From Kiritimatiellia bacterium (GTDB lineage Bacteria; Verrucomicrobiota; Kiritimatiellia; RFP12; UBA1067): DNA of 64,000 nucleotides. The notes beneath the pieces are model-generated. The model did not search any database. It had not been told where the DNA came from and saw only the letters and a program-made list of their open reading frames with translations. The DNA lies in assembly GCA_045598585.1 (NCBI GenBank), contig JAZLMG010000063.1:3205-67204 (forward strand), read 5' to 3'. Within the stretch, counting starts at the first letter, position 1. Every line of letters starts with the position of its first letter. The position numbers were made by a program, and so were the translations under genes. Positions 57,652 through 64,000 of the stretch are shown one piece after another.

Positions 57652-58725
57652 TTAGTGTACGTCGTAAGGAATGTCGAGGGAGATGATCGTGCCGTCCGGG
57701 AGCAAGAGTTCGAACTTGACCGGATTGCCGACCTCGTACCACGCGCCATCGGGCTCGACCGTCGAGTTGCGCTTGAACTCCGCGCGGACAAGAGAGTCAG
57801 AGACGCGTTCGAAGGTGGTGTCGAGAGGATTCGGGTCCCACTTCGTATCGGCGAGGAGCTCGCCCGTCGACTTGCTGTAGACCGCGTAACGACCCTTCAC
57901 GCCTTCAGGAATGTGCTTCGCCTTGATCTCGATATTCGAGTAGAGGTTCGTGAGAAGGCCCTCGCTCTCGACGTTGCCCGCGGCGTTGAGCTGCGTGAAC
58001 GAAACGAGCTTCGGAATCGCAAGACCCGCGAGAAGCGTGACCGCCTTCTTCGAGGTGTAGACCTGACCATCCTCGACGCCGCCGCGCGACTTCATGACGA
58101 ACTGCATCACGGAGCCGGGCTCGATGTCTTCGAGCGCTTCGGGCGCATTGAAGCGAGCGTGCGAAACGTCGCTTTCGACACACTCGAGCTGAATCTCGGT
58201 TTCGCCGAGCGAGAGCGTCGCGGAATCGCCTTCAAGGAACTCCATATGCGAGCCGTTCGCGGAGAACGTGCCCTGGGGCTTGATGACGTTCTGGACGGTC
58301 TTCGCACCATCGTACGTCACGTCGTTGATGCGAACGCCGATGCCTTCGGTCGTGTTCTGGAACGTCGCGTCAAGACGCTTCGCCGATTCGCCCAAGAGGA
58401 CGGGGCGAATGATCGCCTTGCAAGTTTCGTTCCAGGGGCTCGAGGGAGACTCGAGATTGCCGCTGCCATACGGCGCCCACTTGATGAGCTTCGTGATGCC
58501 GCGCGGGCGACCATCTTCGTTGATCTTCTTGCCGGCGACTTCCGCTAGCATCTTAGAGCCGTGGAGGAGCTCATCGGCGCTCATGGAGAGACGCTTTTCG
58601 GTCACGACTTCCTGACAGAAGTCACGATCGAAGACACCGTCCTTCGGCTCGAGCTGAGGACGAAACCCCTTGTAGCCGTTGACCTCGTAAGGTGCGGCAG
58701 TGAACTTAATTACGGGCTTGGCCAT
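57652..58725 (-). CDS. 357-aa hypothetical protein; N-terminal ~95 aa possibly HU-like (HU-HIG type) DNA-binding, with a beta-rich C-terminal extension
   Basis: Good RBS (AAGAAAGGAAAATAATT-ATG), normal amino-acid composition, and it ends at the terminator. The N-terminus GFRPQLEPKDGVFDRDFCQEVVTEKRLSMSADELLHGSKMLAEVAGKKINEDGRPRGI loosely follows the HU-HIG pattern. Confidence 0.5.
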   Translation of the reverse strand: MAKPVIKFTAAPYEVNGYKGFRPQLEPKDGVFDRDFCQEVVTEKRLSMSADELLHGSKMLAEVAGKKINEDGRPRGITKLIKWAPYGSGNLESPSSPWNETCKAIIRPVLLGESAKRLDATFQNTTEGIGVRINDVTYDGAKTVQNVIKPQGTFSANGSHMEFLEGDSATLSLGETEIQLECVESDVSHARFNAPEALEDIEPGSVMQFVMKSRGGVEDGQVYTSKKAVTLLAGLAIPKLVSFTQLNAAGNVESEGLLTNLYSNIEIKAKHIPEGVKGRYAVYSKSTGELLADTKWDPNPLDTTFERVSDSLVRAEFKRNSTVEPDGAWYEVGNPVKFELLLPDGTIISLDIPYDVH

Positions 58726-58783
58726 AATTATTTTCCTTTCTTGTTTTTGGTTTTTTGAGGGGGTATAGTGTTTTAATTAAAAG

Positions 58784-58814
58784 GGTTAAGTATTTACCCC
58801 CAAAATACTTAACC
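58784..58814 (-). terminator. 12-bp perfect hairpin (GGTTAAGTATTT-accccca-AAATACTTAACC), T-rich on both sides
   Basis: It sits between the small-ORF cluster and the 357-aa gene. It could be a terminator, an attenuator or an operator. Confidence 0.4.
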
Positions 58815-58839
58815 TTTTTGATGAAAGTACTTAGGTACT

Positions 58840-58959
58840 TTACCGGCAGCAACCGCCCATCAAAACGCCGGTGACAGCGCCGATCAAGGCCGCGAGTGCA
58901 GGCTTGATCTGCGGCTTGATCACTTCCCAAATTGCTTCTAAGATTTCACTCCAGTTCAT
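58840..58959 (-). CDS. 39-aa hydrophobic peptide (below the track cutoff)
   Basis: MNWSEILEAIWEVIKPQIKPALAALIGAVTGVLMGGCCR, with a GAGGTG RBS 5 nt upstream, 8 nt after the preceding stop. Confidence 0.35.
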   Translation of the reverse strand: MNWSEILEAIWEVIKPQIKPALAALIGAVTGVLMGGCCR

Positions 58960-58967
58960 ATCGCACC

Positions 58968-59183
58968 TCACACACGAATTGCGGTCAATTCTTCGCGGAC
59001 GACGAGGGTGAACTTATAGTCCCCGATCGTGACGCCTTCCATGAAAGCCTCGCGGTTCTCGGCGATTGCGGCCTTGACGAGAGGGAGCGTATCCTTCTTG
59101 TCCTTAGCGGATTCCTTAGCGCTGCAGATCGCTTCTCCGAGTGTCGCGAACGCGTTCTTTTCGGTCTTGGTGAATGTAGGCAT
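58968..59183 (-). CDS. 71-aa hypothetical protein
   Basis: Compact spacing within the minus-strand operon, plausible composition, and an AAGGAAA RBS. Confidence 0.5.
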   Translation of the reverse strand: MPTFTKTEKNAFATLGEAICSAKESAKDKKDTLPLVKAAIAENREAFMEGVTIGDYKFTLVVREELTAIRV

Positions 59184-59208
59184 GTTAGTTTTCCTTTCTT
59201 TTTATCGG

Positions 59209-59418
59209 TTAAATGCAGAACGGACAGATCGAGGAGAAGAGACAAGTCTTCACCTTCGGCTTGCGGAAGCGAACGGCATAGTCGCTCGTGTACTGGCCAT
59301 GCTTGTCGCGCTTCGTTGCGCGGCGCTCGGTCATCTTCCAAGTCCCATCGGGATAAACCGTGAGAATAAAGTGACGCGGCACTTCCGTCGGAATGCATTC
59401 GTTTATGTTAATCGTCAT
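59209..59418 (-). CDS. 69-aa hypothetical protein with C-terminal Cys cluster
   Basis: MTININECIP...KTCLFSSICPFCI, with an AGGAAAAACC RBS. Confidence 0.5.
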   Translation of the reverse strand: MTININECIPTEVPRHFILTVYPDGTWKMTERRATKRDKHGQYTSDYAVRFRKPKVKTCLFSSICPFCI

Positions 59419-59552
59419 TTGGTTTTTCCTTTCTGTTAAGTTTACGAGGGACGGCCCATGCTCGCCCCTCCATATCAGTTAGTGCCCTGAGAGGCTCGAA
59501 AATTCCCAACTTTTTTCAAGTTTTTTAAAAAGAGCACTTTCAAAATATTTGA

Positions 59553-59574
59553 CCCCTCTGTGTGTGTGGAGGGG
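59553..59574 (-). terminator. hairpin CCCCTC-(tg)5-GAGGGG, followed by a T-rich tract on the minus strand
   Basis: 6-bp GC stem. It lies downstream (in the minus sense) of the DUF3987 gene and the iterons. Confidence 0.4.
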
Positions 59575-59695
59575 AAAAAGACTAACCGCATGAATATACA
59601 TAGAAATATTGAAAGAAGAGAGATAATTATTGTTATTTATATATATAAAGGTATTTCTCTCTATTTATAGCGCGAGGATTTTCAAAATAAACGCA

Positions 59696-59785
59696 TTGAA
59701 GGTCCTTGAAGGTTTGAAAGTCGAGACAAAAAAAGACCTCCAAAGCTTCAAAGCCTTGAAGGTCCGTGATTGAAGGTTTGAAAGT
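59696..59785. repeat. iteron-like direct repeats: two copies of TTGAAGGTCC(0-4 nt)TTGAAGGTTTGAAAGT, 60 bp apart, plus inverted CTTCAA units
   Basis: Copies at 59696-59721 and 59756-59785, and CTTCAAagccTTGAAG at 59745-59760. An adjacent AT-rich tract spans 59590-59680. Confidence 0.65.
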
Positions 59786-59789
59786 TCTT

Positions 59790-61046
59790 TTAGACTATCT
59801 CAGCTAAGAAATAGCGATCCTTTCCGGTCTTCGAATCCTTGCGAGCGACGATTTCGCCCGATTCGATCAAGTCCTCCAGGAACTCGTCTCGAAGCGCGCG
59901 GCGCAAGTACTGCGTGCGGCGAGTGACATCGCTCTTCAAAGCGCCCTTGACACCTGCCGCGGCAATTTCGAGTACGATGCGCTTCTTGGCCTTTTCGGTG
60001 GTCGATTCACTGATATTCGAGTTGACTACGCGAATAAGCTCCTCGATCAAGTAACGAATAAGCCGAGTCGCATATTCCGCATCTCGCTTTTCGATCTGCG
60101 CGCGCTCCCCGAGTCGCGACACCGCCAAAATCAAGGCGACGCGGCGCGAGTTTTCGAGGGCCTTGCCGTAGAGATAATTCGATTCCTCGCCGGACTTGTC
60201 GGCGATGATCATCTTCGAATAGATCTCGTTGTTGAACGCGGCGAAAATCGTCTTCGCTTCGTCGGTCGTCGGCACGGTCTGAATCTGAGGCTTAAGTCCC
60301 GTCGTATCGACATCGCCGCTTTCTCCCTTCCAAGCGAGTACCGGTCCACGAATCGAATTCGGAATCGGCACTATCGTCTTCGCCTGAGGCTTCGGGCGCG
60401 CCTTCGAGATGAAGAAGATGTTACGCGCGAGCCAGCCATCCCTGAGATCATTGCGAGACATCGACTCGAAGAGAATCTGGGGCTGGGTGGTAGCGTAAAG
60501 GCAGAGGTGCGGATTGTCGACAGTAAGAGGCGGAACTTCCTTCCCATCGCGCGGCACCCGCTGCTTTCCCTTCCACCGACCGTTAGCCGAACTCCAAAGC
60601 TCGAGAAGAGCAGGCTTGATGGCGTGCTGAGGCGAACCCTTCGCAGCGGGGTCGGACGCGTTCCCGAAGAAGTACCCGGCTTCATCGATCGTGAAGCAAG
60701 TTCGAGGCTCGCGCTTAAGCGCCCACTCGATCGCCGAGTCGCTCGTCACCTGGCCTAAGCGCAAGTGAGTCGCGTTACATTCGTCGAGAATGCGCTGAAT
60801 CGACTTTAGCGGATGATCCTTTCCCGAGCTCGTGTAACCTACCGACATCACGAAGATGTTGGTTCGCTGCCCGTCATCTCCCTGTACGCGGCGCCCATAG
60901 AGGGTGCCTGCGAGAGTCAGTGCCGCGCCGAGCGCGAAGCCGGGCTGAGTGCAAACGGCGGTTTCGTTGATGTAGTTCATTACCTCCTCGACAAAGCCCC
61001 CGGGGTGCTTGAGGTCGGCAGGAAGTTCTCCATTAGCATTCTTCAT
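59790..61046 (-). CDS. DUF3987-like protein (helicase/primase-associated replication protein of mobile elements)
   Basis: The N-terminal third, GFVEEVMNYINETAVCTQPGFALGAALTLAGTLYGRRV...NIFVMSVGYTSSGKDHPLKSI, follows the DUF3987 pattern with a degenerate P-loop (GYTSSGKD). Confidence 0.55.
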   Translation of the reverse strand: MKNANGELPADLKHPGGFVEEVMNYINETAVCTQPGFALGAALTLAGTLYGRRVQGDDGQRTNIFVMSVGYTSSGKDHPLKSIQRILDECNATHLRLGQVTSDSAIEWALKREPRTCFTIDEAGYFFGNASDPAAKGSPQHAIKPALLELWSSANGRWKGKQRVPRDGKEVPPLTVDNPHLCLYATTQPQILFESMSRNDLRDGWLARNIFFISKARPKPQAKTIVPIPNSIRGPVLAWKGESGDVDTTGLKPQIQTVPTTDEAKTIFAAFNNEIYSKMIIADKSGEESNYLYGKALENSRRVALILAVSRLGERAQIEKRDAEYATRLIRYLIEELIRVVNSNISESTTEKAKKRIVLEIAAAGVKGALKSDVTRRTQYLRRALRDEFLEDLIESGEIVARKDSKTGKDRYFLAEIV

Positions 61047-61395
61047 TTTCGTTCTCCTTGTAGTTTTCGTATTCCTCTGAAGTGATCAGGTCCATCTCCA
61101 AACGCCAGAGGTAGTAGTTCGTGATGGGATGGGGGATATCGAGAATGGCTTCGCCGAAGACGAACGTCATCCCTGCGAGATATGAGGGGTCGACATTCGA
61201 GGCGACCATTCCCGCATGATACGCGGCAAAACGCTTACCCTTGGGGTCTTCTTCGATCGAGCGGAAGTACTCGATCTCGAGCGTGGTGAGCGAGCCGACT
61301 TCTCCGTTCAGATACGCCTCAATCGCCGCGCGCTGCTCCGCGGCATTTTCGTACTGCGGAACGTCTTCATTGTATAGGTTCTTTACTATCTTCAT
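61033..61395 (-). CDS. 120-aa acidic hypothetical protein
   Basis: 14-nt overlap with the downstream DUF3987 gene, and an RBS AAAGGAAATAACT-ATG. Confidence 0.5.
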   Translation of the reverse strand: MKIVKNLYNEDVPQYENAAEQRAAIEAYLNGEVGSLTTLEIEYFRSIEEDPKGKRFAAYHAGMVASNVDPSYLAGMTFVFGEAILDIPHPITNYYLWRLEMDLITSEEYENYKENENEEC

Positions 61396-61417
61396 AGTTA
61401 TTTCCTTTCTTCTTTCT

Positions 61418-62137
61418 TCAACTCACTACCTTACGCGCCATCGCGAGGTACCCCGGCCACTTGCGATAGAAGTCGCTCTTCGACATCTTCGCGCCGCGCG
61501 CCGCTACGAGCATGTTTCCTTCCGCGGCAATATAAGCGCGAAAAGCGATGACTGCATCGTTCTGCAACTTGGCGAAAATCTCCTCGAGCATAAAGGCCGC
61601 TTCGCGTCGACGCGTCTCGGCGTTCGGTTCGCCGGGGAGCGCTTCCGCGAGCTGCTGGGCGGTCATCGGCTGAGGCGGCTCGGCGTTTTCGCCGGTCTCG
61701 CAAGCCGCGGCAAATGTTGCCGCGCCTACATCCGCTCCTTCCGCGGCGTTCTTCGCTTCCTTGATCGAATCGCGCTCTTCTTTCTCTAAGACCTTCTTCT
61801 CAACGCGGCGATATTCGTCGCGCATCGGGGAGACGACTCGCAAGTGGAAGTGATGGAAAGCGATCTTCGCAGTAGAGGCGAGATACGTTTCCGCGCTCGA
61901 AGTCTCGAGCACGATCTCGCGCTTCGCGATTCGTTCTGCAGTGCGCTCGACTTCGCGAATCGCCTCGCTGTAGGCGTCGAGGCTCTCCATCGGGAAGAAG
62001 TAGCCTGCCGCGTCAAGCTTCAGGAATTCGCGATTGATTCGCTTCCAAACCTTGGGGCTCAAGGGGCCCTCATAGCGCGACTCGATCGGCTCCAAGAGCC
62101 CGGTCGACGGATGGCGATAGAGTACGGGTACCGACAT
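61418..62137 (-). CDS. 239-aa protein with a C-terminal sigma-region-4-like HTH
   Basis: The C-terminus AVIAFRAYIAAEGNMLVAARGAKMSKSDFYRKW resembles a sigma70 region 4 / LuxR-type HTH. GGAGGA RBS. Confidence 0.45.
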   Translation of the reverse strand: MSVPVLYRHPSTGLLEPIESRYEGPLSPKVWKRINREFLKLDAAGYFFPMESLDAYSEAIREVERTAERIAKREIVLETSSAETYLASTAKIAFHHFHLRVVSPMRDEYRRVEKKVLEKEERDSIKEAKNAAEGADVGAATFAAACETGENAEPPQPMTAQQLAEALPGEPNAETRRREAAFMLEEIFAKLQNDAVIAFRAYIAAEGNMLVAARGAKMSKSDFYRKWPGYLAMARKVVS

Positions 62138-62139
62138 AC

Positions 62140-62274
62140 TTAGTCCTCCCCATAGCGCTTCGCGTCTTCGCGCTCGATTTCCTCATACATTTCCTCGTAA
62201 ATCGCCCGCATCATCGGCGAGAGATCCTCGAGGTCGTAGTCATTACTTACTTCATTATCGTAGTATTCGTGCAT
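62140..62274 (-). CDS. 44-aa strongly acidic small ORF (below the track cutoff)
   Basis: MHEYYDNEVSNDYDLEDLSPMMRAIYEEMYEEIEREDAKRYGED. Its stop lies 2 nt before the next ATG. It is the first ORF after the promoter. Confidence 0.35.
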   Translation of the reverse strand: MHEYYDNEVSNDYDLEDLSPMMRAIYEEMYEEIEREDAKRYGED

Positions 62275-62297
62275 CGTTTTTTACCTTTTTAGAGATC

Positions 62298-62333
62298 GGA
62301 ACACCGTGTCCCGAAGATGCGCATATTATCGCA
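62298..62333 (-). promoter_or_regulatory. extended -10 (TGCGATAAT, minus strand, 62325-62333) followed by the imperfect palindrome GGAACAC-c-GTGTCCC (62298-62312)
   Basis: The palindrome falls at about +6 to +20 relative to the predicted TSS, which is an operator-like position. Confidence 0.4.
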
Positions 62334-62351
62334 AGGTAAAAAACAAAATAT

Positions 62352-62373
62352 GGAGGAATTGCATTATTCCTCC
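62352..62373 (-). terminator. rho-independent terminator 2 (GGAGGAAT-tgcatt-ATTCCTCC, then ATATTTTGTTTTTT on the minus strand)
   Basis: Perfect 8-bp stem plus T-run. Confidence 0.6.
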
Positions 62374-62397
62374 GCGAGTATAAAAGGCAAAAAGAAA

Positions 62398-62421
62398 AGC
62401 CCCGCCTTTACAGGCAGGGCT
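62398..62421 (-). terminator. rho-independent terminator 1 after the 242-aa gene
   Basis: AGCCCTGCC-tgtaaa-GGCGGGGCT (one mismatch), followed by TTTTCTTTTTGCCTTTT on the minus strand. Confidence 0.65.
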
Positions 62422-62487
62422 TCAGCGAGTTATATAAAAATCTTAAATTCTATGAATATTACACTTGACGCATTATTGCATTATTCG

Positions 62488-63216
62488 TTATGTCTTATTC
62501 TCTCGATTTCTGGCGTTACGAATCGCATCAGCGATCTGCTTCTTTGTCGTGATGTGATACTTGGCGAGTTCAGTCTTAACTTGAGGAATATGAAGAAGAT
62601 CCTCGTGAGAACGCTTCTTTCCGCATTGCACGGGGTCTCCTAGCTTACCATCTAGGTACTTCTTCCAAAGCGCCGCGCATTTGTCTTCACCCACGCGCCG
62701 TGCCTCTTTCTTCTTCTCCTGTTCGGCGCGATTCTTATTTTGCTCTTCAATGCGATGAACGGTCTTTTGGATGTCGTGAAGCACCTCTCCTGTATGCTTC
62801 TTTCCTCCCACTCGTTCCTCCAACTGAAGACCATAGGTCTTCATCAGCTGCTTCACAATCTGCGGCGCTTTTAGTTCGACGGGCACATCTTCGGGAATCG
62901 TGCCGTCGATATGAATTTCCGCCGCGCTCTTCACTTGCTTTTTTAGGCGAGTGAACTTAAGAATCGTCTTCCACTTTAGTCCGCGGCGAATTCGCTCGGA
63001 AGCGATCGCCATTCCCTCGCCCGCGCGACTTAAAGTCACCTTGTCACCATCCGCTTCCCACGCGAACTCTCCCTCGCTGATTTTGGTCGGGAGCTTCCGC
63101 GGTACTTTCTTGAACTTCGAATAGGGGCTATTCAAAATCCACTGCCGGACCGTCTCCCAAATCTGCCCGAGCGTCGTCTCAGGGCGAAGATTAAAATCGA
63201 ATTGACTCAGCTTCAT
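62488..63216 (-). CDS. 242-aa hypothetical protein, translationally coupled to the upstream AAA_13-like ATPase
   Basis: ATGA start/stop overlap at 63213-63216. It has a Lys/Arg-rich middle and no motif I can name. Confidence 0.6.
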   Translation of the reverse strand: MKLSQFDFNLRPETTLGQIWETVRQWILNSPYSKFKKVPRKLPTKISEGEFAWEADGDKVTLSRAGEGMAIASERIRRGLKWKTILKFTRLKKQVKSAAEIHIDGTIPEDVPVELKAPQIVKQLMKTYGLQLEERVGGKKHTGEVLHDIQKTVHRIEEQNKNRAEQEKKKEARRVGEDKCAALWKKYLDGKLGDPVQCGKKRSHEDLLHIPQVKTELAKYHITTKKQIADAIRNARNRENKT

Positions 63217-64000
63217 TCGTCACTAACTCCTGTTGTAGGTGTGGTGGCGCGAATTCTCGTAAGCCATTTCTCAATCGTCTTTTTGATATTATCTCTATCG
63301 CCAGGCTTGCATAGTGACAAGACATGACTTGGCATTATCAAGTATAGAAGGCAAATGGAGTCTTGTACGGCAAGTTGTCGAGTGCTGTTGTCGATAAAGG
63401 GGAGTAGCCCGTTATGATTGGTCAAACTGCGTATTCTTCCCTGTAGATGACTCTCGTCGTGAACAACAAATCGAGAAAAGATTGTTCTGTAATACTGATT
63501 GTACTGAACTGCGTTTTCTCCGGATATCAAATCGTTCAAGAAAAGGAATTCAATGCCTTTTCTGAAGACAAAAGTCGAAAACGCTTCCAGCATGCGCCGA
63601 GCTTGGTTGCCTACGTGGATGTTTTCTTTAAGTTGACTCGGATCAGTTGCGGCAAATTCGAATATCTCTTCGAAGTTCCTGCAGTATTCGTTTATCCGTT
63701 CTACGCCCTCGTCGGAAGCCTTCATTTCCGGCCATTTGAAGTCGAGCGTTAAAAGCATTTGTCCGATCTTATATAAAGGATCATTTCTATTGTCGTCGTG
63801 TGATTTGATACATTGCGCCAAAGCGATATAAGAATATAGCTCGTGCATAAGACATATCAGGCGTGTTTCGGGCCGGAGCTTGTTACCGTCCTTATCCGTT
63901 ATTGTGCAAGTGAGATTCTCAATCTCAAACATGATATAGGAAAGAACGCCCATCTTGTTTTCGTGGTCAAAGCTCGATACGGGGTCATCAAGGATAATAA
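63213..64000 (-). CDS. AAA_13-type (PrrC/RloC-like) ABC-fold ATPase, C-terminal part (5' end outside window)
   Basis: The frame stays open to the window edge, and upstream of the track Met it reads IILDDPVSSFDHENK (Walker B / D-loop). It continues with RLICLMHELYSY and NQARRMLEAFSTFVF, as in AAA_13 family C-terminal regions. Confidence 0.6.
   Translation of the reverse strand, partial: IILDDPVSSFDHENKMGVLSYIMFEIENLTCTITDKDGNKLRPETRLICLMHELYSYIALAQCIKSHDDNRNDPLYKIGQMLLTLDFKWPEMKASDEGVERINEYCRNFEEIFEFAATDPSQLKENIHVGNQARRMLEAFSTFVFRKGIEFLFLNDLISGENAVQYNQYYRTIFSRFVVHDESHLQGRIRSLTNHNGLLPFIDNSTRQLAVQDSICLLYLIMPSHVLSLCKPGDRDNIKKTIEKWLTRIRATTPTTGVSDE

Larger units (their letters stand above)
57652..64000 (-). 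mobile_element. putative integrated mobile element / satellite-like module (right end outside window)
   Basis: All genes are on the minus strand, opposite to the 57 kb to the left. It contains a DUF3987 replication-type gene plus iterons, many small ORFs, an HTH protein and a defence-type ATPase cargo. No integrase is visible in the window. Confidence 0.45.

Noticed and set aside
57643-58548. 301-aa plus-strand ORF opposite the 357-aa gene.
   Set aside because: Its composition is typical of an antisense artefact (RVRDAFEGGVERIRVPLRIGEELARRL...) and it has no RBS. The minus-strand frame has an RBS, balanced composition, and ends exactly at the terminator hairpin.

Overview
64-kb chromosomal window from a G+C-rich diderm bacterium (LptA-like protein, TatA, beta-barrel OMP and SEDS/Mur genes are present; the lineage cannot be assigned from sequence alone). 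Positions 1-39.0 kb are a dense, almost entirely plus-strand housekeeping block: map, a 2-oxoacid:ferredoxin oxidoreductase, nadK, trpS, gyrB, murD, ftsW, xseA, infA, yebC, tRNA-Tyr, an ornithine carbamoyltransferase, rlmB, type III glutamine synthetase, ilvBN, purA, rdgB, cmk, ettA, nadA, an amidase, parB, a prenyl synthase, ybeY, fucU, tatA and uvrC. Several of these genes have an extended -10 box (TGnTATAAT) only 7-10 nt from the ATG, which suggests leaderless mRNAs. A surface-glycan locus starts at about 38 kb with a GT4 glycosyltransferase and resumes at 52.4-57.6 kb with CDP-pentitol genes, a TagF-like transferase and a Wzx flippase. Between 39.1 and 51.5 kb this locus is broken open. 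The break contains decayed gene stubs (a GT2-like 5' stub and two 5' stubs of a wzx-like gene) and five copies of a locus-specific TGGTATAAT promoter, three of which carry a conserved ~95-nt leader with a covarying hairpin or short uORF. It also contains a visibly AT-richer ~11-kb defence island. The island encodes two PF01555-like DNA methyltransferases (one of 814 aa with a C-terminal nuclease-like domain), an FRG-domain gene truncated by an IS remnant, and a small ORF plus a Zn-ribbon-DUF4145 (HEPN-like) gene. It continues with an NPPY methyltransferase followed by two tandem paralogous PD-(D/E)xK genes (candidate heterodimeric restriction enzyme), and ends with a 724-aa REase-like/wHTH/PIN-like orphan. 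A DUF3800 gene coupled to the glycan operon follows just beyond the island. Positions 57.65-64 kb are a minus-strand mobile-element-like module with a DUF3987 protein, iteron-like repeats, small ORFs and an HTH protein. It ends in a translationally coupled AAA_13-type ATPase plus a 242-aa partner, and the ATPase runs off the window. All family assignments come from motif reading by eye; no database search was possible.
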